Origin: an uncultured delta proteobacterium
GTDB lineage: Bacteria; Myxococcota_A; Polyangia; Fen-1088
Direction: 5' to 3'
NCBI GenBank assembly: GCA_963755125.1
Contig: CAVWIP010000007.1
Location: forward strand, 64,001-128,000
Length of the DNA stretch: 64,000 bases
A model generated the notes under the pieces. The model did no database searches. It saw nothing but the letters and a program-made list of their open reading frames with translations, and was not told where the DNA came from. Shown here piece after piece: positions 12,761 to 21,813 of the stretch. Every line of letters starts with the position of its first letter. The first letter of the stretch is position 1. The position numbers and the translations under genes were made by a program.

Positions 12761-14734
12761 CTACGGTAGCGGCAACCCGTAGTAGGCGGAGTAGGCCACC
12801 ACGATTGCCGCACCCAGCACGACGCCGAGGAGCACGTGCACCAGCAAGGGCCAGTCGGCCAGCCCGCGCGGCGCGCGTCGCTTGCCCGAGCGAACCCGCG
12901 GGCCCTCGATATCGACTGACAGGCCATCAGGCTGGACAGAAGCGGGTCCCTTGATCCGCTGGGTCGGCTGGCCCTCTGACTGCGGCCGCAGCGAAACCGG
13001 TGTCGGGGTGGACTGCGCCAGCGACCCCATGATGACAGGCTGCTGCGGCGGAGGGGTGTCCACGAAGGCGGCCGGATCCTGCATGTCCTCCGACAGCTCG
13101 ACACCAAAGGGCCGTTCCTCGGTTCCGTGCACCGGCGTCGCAGGGCGCCTTATCTCGCCCGAAATGTGATTCTGCGCCGACGGGGCCATGTGCGCTGCCG
13201 TGGTCGATTCTCCGCGAATCGCGGAAGCTGCTGGCGACTCGGCCGGCTTTGAGGGGCGCGGGCGCGAAGTCGCCTCGGGCCTTTTACCAACCGCTGCAGA
13301 TGCAGCTTGGGTGGAAGGCGGCGTGGCCAGCGCAGGCGCCGTACGCCGAACCGGCGCCGCCGGCGCGCCAGCCGCGAGCGAGTCTGGCGCAGAAGCCTGA
13401 GGCGGATTTCCTGCCGAGCCTTGCGAGGCCGTCGGAGGGGCGGCCGGGGCCTTGGCTGCCGGAGGGGACATCGGTCGAGCAGGGATCTGTGCCCCAGAGG
13501 TCCTGGCCGCGAGCGATGGGAGTGCCGCCTGCGACGAGGCGCCGGCTGCTCGCGCATCGCGGGCCACCGGTGTGGCGACCGGAGGTGCGACCAGGGGTGC
13601 CTGTGTCACGCGGGCAGGGATGCGAGCCAAGGGTTGTTTCGCAACCGCCGCAGGCGGTGCGGGCGTCACCTCGGTCCCGATGGGCGCGGGCGCCGCCGGC
13701 CCAGCAGGCCGCGTGGTTCCTCCAGCCTGCGCCGCAATGGCCGGGCTCGACAGGGGGCGGGCCGGGGACACCTCCAGGGCCGTTGCTGCCGTGACAGGTG
13801 CCTGCGCGGTGCGGGCCTGCGCCGGGGCGGTCGGCGGTACCGATGACGGGGCGGTTTTGCTGATCGGCGGGGACAGAAGCGGAAAGGCGGAGGCCGGAGC
13901 AGATGGGGCCGGTCGTGGTTCCGTCGCTTGCGCGGGTCGCGCCGGCGCGGCTTCGGCGACCCGCGGCTGCAGCCCGGGCAGGGGTGAGCCCGGCCGCACC
14001 TTGGGACCGCCTTGTCCCGTCGACTGCAGCGCGCCGGCGGCACGAGCGGGCGTGTTCGTCTTGACGGCGTCGACGGTAATGAAGGGATCGGTCTTGCGCC
14101 GCACTCGCGCTCCCGCCGGCGGCTGCGCGGGTCGCGCCGGCGCGCCAGCACCGACCACCGCCATCGAAGCCGAGCTGCGTTTGGAGATCGCGGGCACAGG
14201 CGGTGTCACGGGCGGGGGCAGGACGATCTCGAAGAACCCCTCCTTCCAGCCCATGACTTCGGGCAGTCGTTCAGGAGTATCACTGCCGCCGACCGTGGTC
14301 CCGACCAACTCGCCCCGGCGATAGCTGATGCGAGCTTCCTCCTCGCCACGCCACACCTCGATCGCGCAGGTCAGCACGTACTGCTCGCAGTAGCGCATGA
14401 TCTCGACCAGCGGCCGCTGGGCCAGATTCCCCTCGGCAGGGCCGGGCTTCGCCAGCGATCCGGTTTCTGGGTCGGGCAAGCGAGTGTCGATCGCGAAACG
14501 GGCGCTGGCCACCCGCTGCAGGGCGGAGACCGCCTCCGGGCCTCGTTCTGCGCCGGCAAACGCGTCGCTGACTCCGCCGGCCAGCAGGTGCACCTCGCCC
14601 GCCGGTGCAGCCCCCGGGCCAGGTGCGAACACCTGGATGCGCGCGGGCAGGGCCGCTGCCGAGAGCACACTCATCAGTTCACTGAGCGTGCCGCCTGCCC
14701 ACTCGGTGATGCGTTCGCCTGACGGCCCGTTCAT
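12761..14734 (-). CDS. Protein with tandem DUF4388-like domains, long Pro/Ala-rich linker and C-terminal TM anchor
   Basis: Two DUF4388-like blocks (GTLSELMSVL...GEVHLLAGGV and GNLAQRPLVEIMRYC...ISYRRGELV...WKEGFF). Hydrophobic C-terminus. Confidence 0.7.
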   Translation of the reverse strand: MNGPSGERITEWAGGTLSELMSVLSAAALPARIQVFAPGPGAAPAGEVHLLAGGVSDAFAGAERGPEAVSALQRVASARFAIDTRLPDPETGSLAKPGPAEGNLAQRPLVEIMRYCEQYVLTCAIEVWRGEEEARISYRRGELVGTTVGGSDTPERLPEVMGWKEGFFEIVLPPPVTPPVPAISKRSSASMAVVGAGAPARPAQPPAGARVRRKTDPFITVDAVKTNTPARAAGALQSTGQGGPKVRPGSPLPGLQPRVAEAAPARPAQATEPRPAPSAPASAFPLLSPPISKTAPSSVPPTAPAQARTAQAPVTAATALEVSPARPLSSPAIAAQAGGTTRPAGPAAPAPIGTEVTPAPPAAVAKQPLARIPARVTQAPLVAPPVATPVARDARAAGASSQAALPSLAARTSGAQIPARPMSPPAAKAPAAPPTASQGSAGNPPQASAPDSLAAGAPAAPVRRTAPALATPPSTQAASAAVGKRPEATSRPRPSKPAESPAASAIRGESTTAAHMAPSAQNHISGEIRRPATPVHGTEERPFGVELSEDMQDPAAFVDTPPPQQPVIMGSLAQSTPTPVSLRPQSEGQPTQRIKGPASVQPDGLSVDIEGPRVRSGKRRAPRGLADWPLLVHVLLGVVLGAAIVVAYSAYYGLPLP

Positions 14735-14749
14735 GCTTCTGACCCCACG

Positions 14750-15010
14750 CTAGGAATCGACGCCAGGGCCGGACTCCTGAGCCGACGCATCGGCGGGCGT
14801 AGCCTCGAAGCCAGGCTCGACCGCGTCATCGGCCGTGCCGGTGTCTGCTGCCGCTTGGCCGGAGGAGATCGCGGCGTCAGGGATCTGGTAGTCGGTCCCG
14901 GCATCCGTGCCGAAGTTCTGATCGCGCCGATGCGAGGATGAGCAGCCGCCGAGCGCGGGGAGAGCAGCCAGGAACGCGAGCCCGAGCATGACCAGCAAGC
15001 GGGGCAGCAT
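14750..15010 (-). CDS. Small acidic lipoprotein
   Basis: Signal peptide with lipobox-like LGGC, followed by an Asp/Ala-rich DAG tail. TAGCGT lies 7 nt upstream of the ATG. Confidence 0.65.
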   Translation of the reverse strand: MLPRLLVMLGLAFLAALPALGGCSSSHRRDQNFGTDAGTDYQIPDAAISSGQAAADTGTADDAVEPGFEATPADASAQESGPGVDS

Positions 15011-15066
15011 GGGCGGGACGCTAGCAAGCAGCTTGCGCCACCGCAAGGGTCGATGCTCAGGATCCT

Positions 15067-15777
15067 CTAGCGCACGATGCTCGCCTCGACCACGAAGTCC
15101 AGATCGGGGAAATCGCGCGCCAGGTAGGCGTTGCCTTCGGTCTGCATGCGGCCCTGGTTGGGGCCCCTGCCCTGGGGTGCGCCCTCCCCATAGCCGCCGA
15201 ACAGCCCGTCGACCACTTCCATACCGCTTGCCACCTTGCCAAAGGGGGCAAATCCCATCCCGTCGAGCTGGGTGTTGTCCGCGTAGTTGATGAAGACCTG
15301 GGTAGTCCGCGTGTTGGGCCCCGCGGTAGCAAAGGTGATGAAGCCACGCTTGTTGGATTGCTTGACCGGATCGTCAGGGATGCTGGCGTTGCGCCAGACT
15401 GCGTTCACCTCGCCCTGACCGTGGATACCCCACTGCACCATGAAGCCCTTGATCACGCGAAAGAAGCGAACGTCGTTGAAGTAGCCGTTCTTGACCAGAT
15501 TGAAGAATCGGTCCGCACCCTGCGGCGCCCAATCCCTCTGCACCTCGACCACGAAGCTGCCCTTCGAGGTGGTGAACTTGGCTCGATATGTCGCCGGTGC
15601 CTGCTCTTTGAAAGCATCGACCTTGAGAAGCGACGGCTTATCCACCGGCGCGCTGGGCGCAGGCGGCGCCGCCACTGGTTGCGCGATCTGTGTGGGTGGC
15701 TCCCCGGCTGGCTTCTTGCAACCCAGGCTGGCCAGAGCAGCCAAGACGAACGTGCAAGGAACAAGTGGTTTGATCAT
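15067..15777 (-). CDS. Cyclophilin-type peptidyl-prolyl cis-trans isomerase (lipoprotein)
   Basis: FFRVIKGFMVQWG and FATAGPNTRTTQVFIN. Lipobox SLGC. Confidence 0.93.
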   Translation of the reverse strand: MIKPLVPCTFVLAALASLGCKKPAGEPPTQIAQPVAAPPAPSAPVDKPSLLKVDAFKEQAPATYRAKFTTSKGSFVVEVQRDWAPQGADRFFNLVKNGYFNDVRFFRVIKGFMVQWGIHGQGEVNAVWRNASIPDDPVKQSNKRGFITFATAGPNTRTTQVFINYADNTQLDGMGFAPFGKVASGMEVVDGLFGGYGEGAPQGRGPNQGRMQTEGNAYLARDFPDLDFVVEASIVR

Positions 15778-16069
15778 GCGGCCGAGCATACCGCAGGGCA
15801 GGGGTTTGTGAATGGGGAGTCGCAACTCACGAGCCCGGCGTCCGACAACCCTTGTCGGGGCACTGTTTGCCACCTCAAGCGATCTGTCACGCGCCCAAAA
15901 TCAACGGCGCTCGTTGCTACGAGCGCCACCGACCTGAAGAGACATTCTCGGACATTCAGAGACCTGATGACATATGGAGAAAAGCGGGTTCGTTTGTCCT
16001 ATGGTCCCGCCTGCCGCGCGTGGGGTCACCACAGTGGTTGACCTGATAGGTGCTCGCGGGTCCTAATTC

Positions 16070-17050
16070 ATGCACATGTCCTCTGCAGCGGAACCCGACT
16101 GGCAGCGCCGCGCGATCGAGCGGGCCAAGGAACTGGACCATGAGCACCGGCGGAGGCCGCGCAGCCTGTGGCAGTCGGGGGCCGGCTTGGCCCTGTCTCT
16201 GCGTTTTCTGCGCACCGCTGCCCGACAGCTTGTGACCGTCCCGCGCCGGCCCGAGCCGCGGCGGGTGGAGCATCCGGGTCCCGGTCAGATCGCCGTCACC
16301 TTTGTCGGTCACGCCACGGTCATGCTGACCACGCCACTCGCGCGCGTGCTCACCGACCCCTATTTCGGCGATTTCTTTCTCGGCCTGCGCCGGGCCGAGG
16401 CGGCTTGCCTGCATCCGACCGATGCGGCCGACGTGAATTTGATCCTCATCTCGCACGCGCACCGGGATCGTCTGGACCTGGCCAGCCTGCGGCGTCTGCG
16501 CGGGCGAGCCGCAGTGCTGGTCCCGCCCCGCTGCGCATCCCTGGTGGATGGCCTGGGCTTTGGCCGCGTGGTGGAGCTGGCGCCGGGCAAGAGTTTCGAG
16601 TTCGCGGATGTCGAGGTGACCGCGGTGGCGGCGCGACACGAGGGCGTGCGCGGGATTTTCGACCGGGCCTGGCGCGGCGCCTGCGGGTACCTCGTGCGTT
16701 CGGCCGGAGCCAACGTGTATTTCGCAGGAGGCACTGCCTATTTTTCCGGTTTCGAGGAGATCGGCCGGCGTCTGCACCCGGACGTAGCGCTGTTGCCGGT
16801 GGCCGGGTACGAGCCGCCCGCCTTGCGCGAGAGCAACATGTCGCCCCTCGACGCTGTGCAAGCCTTCACGGATCTAGGAGCCAAGCTGCTCGTTCCCGTC
16901 GGACACGGATCGTTCCCGCTCAGCTACGAGCCGCTCGACGAGCCCCTGCGTTGGCTCAGACAGATCTGCGCTGATCGCGGCATTTTGGGCCAACTCGCCG
17001 TGCTTGGACATGGCGAAACCTGTCTGGTGCGGGGAGTACCGGAGGCATAG
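16070..17050 (+). CDS. Metallo-beta-lactamase-fold protein (NAPE-PLD/UlaG-like) with degenerate metal site
   Basis: TFVGHAT, LTDPYF, ISHAHRDRLD, YFAGGTAY and DVALLPVAGYEP. Confidence 0.85.
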   Translation: MHMSSAAEPDWQRRAIERAKELDHEHRRRPRSLWQSGAGLALSLRFLRTAARQLVTVPRRPEPRRVEHPGPGQIAVTFVGHATVMLTTPLARVLTDPYFGDFFLGLRRAEAACLHPTDAADVNLILISHAHRDRLDLASLRRLRGRAAVLVPPRCASLVDGLGFGRVVELAPGKSFEFADVEVTAVAARHEGVRGIFDRAWRGACGYLVRSAGANVYFAGGTAYFSGFEEIGRRLHPDVALLPVAGYEPPALRESNMSPLDAVQAFTDLGAKLLVPVGHGSFPLSYEPLDEPLRWLRQICADRGILGQLAVLGHGETCLVRGVPEA

Positions 17051-17115
17051 CCTTTGTTTCGGCGCACTGCTAGAGTGCGCCCGCTGCAAGGGTCAGCCCC
17101 GAAAAAGATTGAGCC

Positions 17116-19473
17116 ATGAGCTTCGTGGAAAGATTGCGCCGGGTTCCACCCGGCTGGTGGGTGGCGCTGTTCGCGATTGCGCTGATCCTGCCCCGCCTGG
17201 GTTCGTTCGGGTTCTGGGATCCGTGGGAGCTCAAGCTGGCGGAGCGTGCGCGCGACATCGCCCGTTCTGAATCTCTCTTCGACGTGACGGTCAACCGTCG
17301 CTTCACCGCCGCGCCGCCGCTCGACTTGGCCGGCAACGCGCTCGGCATGCGGATCTTTGGCGTGGGCGAATTCGGCGGCCGCATCTCGGATGGCCTTTTC
17401 GGCATCCTGGCCATTCTCGCGGTGTATTGGGCGGGCATCGGCCTCTTTCGTCGGCGCGCGGCCGTGCTCGGCGCCCTGGCGCTTGGCTCGATGCCCCTCT
17501 TCCTGCTCGAAGCGCGGCAACTCACATCGGACATGCCGCTGGTGGCCGGTCTGGCGCTCGCCATGGGCGGGCTCGGCCGCTACGCCTGGCCGGCCGAAGG
17601 CGTGCGTCGGCTGCGCGACCTGCTTGTCGCTGGCGTTGGCCTGGTCATCGGCTTGTTCTCGGGCGGGGCGCTTCTCGGCGTGGCGCTGCCCTGCCTGGCG
17701 TTCAGCTTCGCCATCCTCGCGGGGTGGGGCCTGCGGCCGCGGCCTGCCGATGATCCAGCGGCCAGCAAGCTCACCTCGCCTGGGTTGGGAACTCATCTGC
17801 CCGCTGGCTCCAGCCTGGGCGCCAGCCTGCGTTCACCCGGGGTGCAGGGCGGCGTTGCGCTGATTGTGGCCGCCCTGACCGGTGTGCTGCTTCTCGCGAT
17901 CACCATGACCAGGGCCAACGTGGCCGGTCAGTATTCCTTGCTGCTCGGTGGGGTTCCGCGCAGCGGGGCTCCCAGCGCAACCTTCGATACCATCATCCGC
18001 CAGCTTGGGTTCGGGTTGTTCCCCTGGAGCGCGCTGGCCATCTTCGCGCTGGGCCGGCCGCTCATCCGTCTGGGCGGGGGCGACGAGCCGGATGGCGATC
18101 GCCTGGCGTTTGGCCAGCTCTATCTCCTCATCTTCGCGGCGTTCGGCTTCGCCCTTTCCACGGTGTTCGTGCTCATGTGCGGCGAAGCGCGCTTCTGTGC
18201 CCTGGCACCGGTGGCGCTGGCCGTCGGTGCCCTGCTCGATGAGGCACTGGAGGGCGACCGCGCGGAACCCGTGCTGGGGCTGCTGGTGGCGACCGGCACC
18301 ATGGTGGTCGCGCGCGATCTGGTGCTGGCGCCTGAAGATTTGGTCTCGGTCCATACCCTGAACAAGGTCCAGTGGCCGGCCAAGCTCAAGCTCGGGTGGC
18401 TCTTCCTGGCCACCGGTCTGCTGGTTGGCGCTGGACTGTACACCGGGCTGGCTACCCGAGGTCGCGCTCTGGGACGCGTGGCCCTGCGCGACCTGGGAAA
18501 TGCGCGGCGTTGGCACCGATGGTTCGAGAAGGCCGTGGTCGAGATCGGCCGTTGGGGTATCCAGGCCGCCGTCGTGGTGGCGGTGCTCTTCGCCCTGGCG
18601 CTGAGCCAGCTGATCGTGCCCAAGGTCTCCGGCGACCTGTCGTTCAAACCGCCGCTGGAATCGTATTCGCATCTGGCCCGGCACGGCGAGCCCATCGGCC
18701 GGTACAAGGTCGAGGGCGAAGGCGCGAAATTCTACAGCGAGCGCGAGATGACGGACTTGCCTACGCAAAACCGCGTGGTCGAGTTTCTGCAGGGGAGAGA
18801 TCGGGTGTTCGCTCTCGTGCCGGGGAGCGAGCTGGCGGCCCTGGATGCGGCGCTCAAGTCTGCGCGGGTGGCCTACGCGGTCGTGGACGCTCGCTCCTCG
18901 CGCTTTCTCTTGCTGACCAACCGCTTGGAGCAAGGCGAGCACGACAGCAATCCGCTGAAACAGGATGTGTGGATGGCGCCCCGGCCACCCCAGCCTGTGA
19001 TCGAGCCCGGCGCTACAGAGCCGTCCCGCTACGAATGGTTCGACCCGAAGCCGCCTTGGCAGTGGCGCGTTCCGGCCAGTGTCACCTTTGCCAACGCCAT
19101 CGAGCTGGTGGGCGCCGAGTTTCCCGCCGTGGTGCGCCGGCCCGGCACCATCCGGCTGTCGCTTTTCTTCCGCGTGGACAAGAAGCCCCCGGCAGGATTC
19201 CATATCTTCGTGCACTTCGATATTCCCGGCGAGCCGCGGCTCATCGGGGATCACCTCCCGCTCAACGGCGCCTTTGCCACCGAGTACTGGCTGCCCGGCG
19301 AGTACATTCGCGACACCTACGACGTGGAGGTTCCGCTCATGACCACTCCCGCGGGAACCTACACCCTCTACATCGGCTTTTGGCCCGGGGGCGAAGGCAA
19401 GCGGCTCAAGATCACGGCCGGCAGCAACGACGGTGGCGACCGGACCCGGCTGGGAACTATCGAGATCAAGTAG
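17116..19473 (+). CDS. ArnT/GT39-like (GT-C fold) membrane glycosyltransferase with C-terminal beta-sandwich domain
   Basis: GFWDPWE after TM1, FGVGEFGGR, ARQLTSDMP and many TM helices. C-terminal IFVHFD...GDH...WLPGEYIRD domain. Confidence 0.75.
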   Translation: MSFVERLRRVPPGWWVALFAIALILPRLGSFGFWDPWELKLAERARDIARSESLFDVTVNRRFTAAPPLDLAGNALGMRIFGVGEFGGRISDGLFGILAILAVYWAGIGLFRRRAAVLGALALGSMPLFLLEARQLTSDMPLVAGLALAMGGLGRYAWPAEGVRRLRDLLVAGVGLVIGLFSGGALLGVALPCLAFSFAILAGWGLRPRPADDPAASKLTSPGLGTHLPAGSSLGASLRSPGVQGGVALIVAALTGVLLLAITMTRANVAGQYSLLLGGVPRSGAPSATFDTIIRQLGFGLFPWSALAIFALGRPLIRLGGGDEPDGDRLAFGQLYLLIFAAFGFALSTVFVLMCGEARFCALAPVALAVGALLDEALEGDRAEPVLGLLVATGTMVVARDLVLAPEDLVSVHTLNKVQWPAKLKLGWLFLATGLLVGAGLYTGLATRGRALGRVALRDLGNARRWHRWFEKAVVEIGRWGIQAAVVVAVLFALALSQLIVPKVSGDLSFKPPLESYSHLARHGEPIGRYKVEGEGAKFYSEREMTDLPTQNRVVEFLQGRDRVFALVPGSELAALDAALKSARVAYAVVDARSSRFLLLTNRLEQGEHDSNPLKQDVWMAPRPPQPVIEPGATEPSRYEWFDPKPPWQWRVPASVTFANAIELVGAEFPAVVRRPGTIRLSLFFRVDKKPPAGFHIFVHFDIPGEPRLIGDHLPLNGAFATEYWLPGEYIRDTYDVEVPLMTTPAGTYTLYIGFWPGGEGKRLKITAGSNDGGDRTRLGTIEIK

Positions 19474-19475
19474 CC

Positions 19476-19901
19476 ATGCCCAGCAAAGATCGTCGCAAGC
19501 GTGTCGTGCCGGTCGGCAGCGAGCGGCGCACCGGGCGTGAACGGCGTGAGCACCAGCGCGTGCTGGTGTCGATGGAAGTCGACTACCGCTGCGACAACAC
19601 GTTCCTCTTTGCGTACATCACCGACCTGTCCGCCATGGGAATCTTCATCCAGACCAGCAACCCCATGCCGCCGGGCACCCTGCTGAACCTGCACTTCCGG
19701 CCCCCGGGCGGCGGCCCACAGATCGATGTCGAGGGACGAGTCATCTGGGTCAACCCCCCGCGCAAACAAGGCAGCATCAACCCCGGCATGGGCGTCCAGT
19801 TCGTGGACCTGACGCCGGCGCAGCGGGAGCAGATCAAGGCTCTGGTGCGGACCTTCGCCTACTTGAGCGACGACGAGGATCAGGTCCGCGGGAATAGCTG
19901 A
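19476..19901 (+). CDS. PilZ-domain protein (myxobacterial TIGR02266-type)
   Basis: RxxxR (REHQR), DLSAMGIFI and GMGVQF. ATG 2 nt after the upstream stop. Confidence 0.9.
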   Translation: MPSKDRRKRVVPVGSERRTGRERREHQRVLVSMEVDYRCDNTFLFAYITDLSAMGIFIQTSNPMPPGTLLNLHFRPPGGGPQIDVEGRVIWVNPPRKQGSINPGMGVQFVDLTPAQREQIKALVRTFAYLSDDEDQVRGNS

Positions 19902-19947
19902 GACAGCCTGAGTCCCGCACGGGCCGGAGCGAGGCCGACACGGAAAG

Positions 19948-19976
19948 TTGACATAATCCGGGACGCCCCCAACACT
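19948..19976 (+). promoter_or_regulatory. sigma70-type promoter, 6 nt upstream of ATG 19983
   Basis: TTGACA-17 nt-AACACT. Confidence 0.5.
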
Positions 19977-19982
19977 CGCAAC

Positions 19983-20453
19983 ATGCGGCCTGCGCGACGA
20001 GTGATCACCCGCCAGAGGCGTCGGATTCTGCCCCAGCAATCTCGGCTGATCGCGTGGGGAGCCGGCGAGCTCCCCCTGCGGGGACTTCGGGACGGCCCGC
20101 CACCCTGCCCACCCCGCGCGTTTCGCGCGCGCCCTCGTTGCTCGCCGCGGACCATCGCGGGAGAGTATGGCGAGGCCGAGCGAAGCGAGCGGTGGGTGGT
20201 GGCAGGTGGGGGGCCGAAGGGCGAAGCGAACCCTCCCAGGGTTCCCATGTCAACGATACCGCGAACTGTGGCGGCCCTGCGGCACGGTCGCAAGCTGCTC
20301 ACCGACATCGAGGGACAGCTCGGCAGCTTGCTGGTCAGCCTGCGTCAGCCACAGCCTTGCATCGACCCTGGCGCTGTTGACCGGCTCACCGGCGCCACGG
20401 CCCAGGCCGGCCGCGCCATGGCGGCGTTGGACGGTCTGCGCTGCTTGCGATGA
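19983..20453 (+). CDS. Hypothetical protein carrying an in-frame 198-nt palindromic element
   Basis: Open frame directly behind a promoter-like motif. C-terminal helical part STIPRTVAALRHGRKLLTDIEGQL. Alternative start is the ATG at 20247 inside the element end. Confidence 0.5.
   Translation: MRPARRVITRQRRRILPQQSRLIAWGAGELPLRGLRDGPPPCPPRAFRARPRCSPRTIAGEYGEAERSERWVVAGGGPKGEANPPRVPMSTIPRTVAALRHGRKLLTDIEGQLGSLLVSLRQPQPCIDPGAVDRLTGATAQAGRAMAALDGLRCLR
20052..20249. repeat. Dispersed palindromic element, copy 1 (longest)
   Basis: GCGTGGGGAGCC...ACCATCGCGGGAG...GAACCC-TCCCA-GGGTTCCCAT, shared with the copies at 40227 and 54011. Confidence 0.9.
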
Positions 20454-20491
20454 AGAGACTCCGCTAGGCGGCCGTCCCCGACAGGTAGGTT

Positions 20492-21262
20492 GTGTTGGAC
20501 GAGACAGGCACGGTAAGCAGAAAGAAGGCCGGGCTGGTCGAGCCCGTGGTGACCTTCCTGGTGGCCACTGCTCTGGCGGCGGGCCTGTTCTGGCTGGCGC
20601 GAGGCGTGCATTTCGTGGCCGAGATTCTCCACGGCGCGATTGCCCTGATCTTCCTGCTCGGGCCTTCGTATGCGGCACGCATCACCGGCCGGCCCTTCGA
20701 CTATCGGGCAGCTGGTCTCGGCCTGACGCCAGTCAAACTGAACCTGCGCATCCTGGCCCTGGCGCTGGTCTCCACCTGGCCGGTCTTCTTCGGGGGCTTT
20801 CTCCTCTACTACGGCTTGCTCTGTTCGAGCAGCGCGCCCGCCTGGGCCCAGCATCTGACCGGTGTTCTTTCGCCCATCTGCCCGGGCTGGCTCGGCCTCC
20901 GTGAATCTTCCTTGCACCTTCCCGCCGGCTTTGCCCTGCTGGCGCTCTCGCAGATCCTGGTGGTGGCGCTGCCCGAGGAGGTCTTCTTCCGCGGTTACCT
21001 GATGTCGCGCTTGGAAGAACGCTGGCCCTCGCGACGCCATCTATGGGGCGCCTCTGTGGGCTGGCCCCTGCTGATCTCCAGTGCGCTGTTTGGCCTGGGC
21101 CATTTCCTGGTGGACTTCCAGCCCGCGCGCCTGGCCGTGATGGTGCCGGCCCTGGTCTTCGGGTGGATGCGACAGCGAACCGGCTCACTAGCCCCAGCCG
21201 CCGTGTTCCACGCCCTGTGCAACTTGTTCTCGGAGGTCCTGCACGAAAGCTTCTTCGGATAG
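20492..21262 (+). CDS. CPBP (Abi/CAAX) family intramembrane glutamic protease, possibly myxosortase-like
   Basis: EEVFFRGY, FGLGH and FHALCN motifs in a multi-TM protein. Confidence 0.85.
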   Translation: MLDETGTVSRKKAGLVEPVVTFLVATALAAGLFWLARGVHFVAEILHGAIALIFLLGPSYAARITGRPFDYRAAGLGLTPVKLNLRILALALVSTWPVFFGGFLLYYGLLCSSSAPAWAQHLTGVLSPICPGWLGLRESSLHLPAGFALLALSQILVVALPEEVFFRGYLMSRLEERWPSRRHLWGASVGWPLLISSALFGLGHFLVDFQPARLAVMVPALVFGWMRQRTGSLAPAAVFHALCNLFSEVLHESFFG

Positions 21263-21295
21263 CAACTTCCTCTCGCGAATGCCGACAACCAGAGC

Positions 21296-21754
21296 ATGTC
21301 GCGGAGCTGCGTGCTCACTCTCATGTTCATGCTCGGGCTGGTCCCGCCGGCGCGCGCGCAAAAGGCGTCCCTGGAGGGCGTGGTCAACGTCAACACCGCC
21401 TCGCCCGAGGAACTGCGCCTGTTGCCTGGCGTCGGTCCCGCGCGCATCCGCAACATCCTAGCGTATCGCCACAAGCATCCCTTCCGCACCGTCGAGGAGC
21501 TGGCGCGTATCAAGGGCATCGGTCGCAAGATGGTGCGGCACTTGCGCGTCCACCTGGCGGTGAACGGTCCCACCACGGCGCAGAAGATCATCCGTCCGGT
21601 CTCGCCGGTGGTGGCTCCGCCCGCCCCACCCGTGCAGCCGGCACGTCCTCAGCCGCGGCCCGTGTCCGGTCAACGTCCCCCGCCGCGCAAGGGCGAGCCC
21701 GCCCATCAGGCCGCTGCCAACAGCCGGGGAAGCTCTTGCCTGCCTCCGCCCTGA
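21296..21754 (+). CDS. comEA: ComEA-family helix-hairpin-helix DNA-binding protein
   Basis: Signal peptide, then VNVNTASPEELRLLPGVGP...FRTVEELARIKGIG. Confidence 0.85.
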   Translation: MSRSCVLTLMFMLGLVPPARAQKASLEGVVNVNTASPEELRLLPGVGPARIRNILAYRHKHPFRTVEELARIKGIGRKMVRHLRVHLAVNGPTTAQKIIRPVSPVVAPPAPPVQPARPQPRPVSGQRPPPRKGEPAHQAAANSRGSSCLPPP

Positions 21755-21813
21755 AAACGAGGCCAGTTCGGGCGAGCCCTCCAGCATCCTGGCCAGCGCT
21801 GGGCAAAACCCGC

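Noticed and set aside
15820..15875. c-di-GMP-I riboswitch (GGCAAAC...GGACGC on the minus strand)
   Set aside because: It lacks the GNRA-capped stem and the GCAAAGC/CTAA elements of the consensus.
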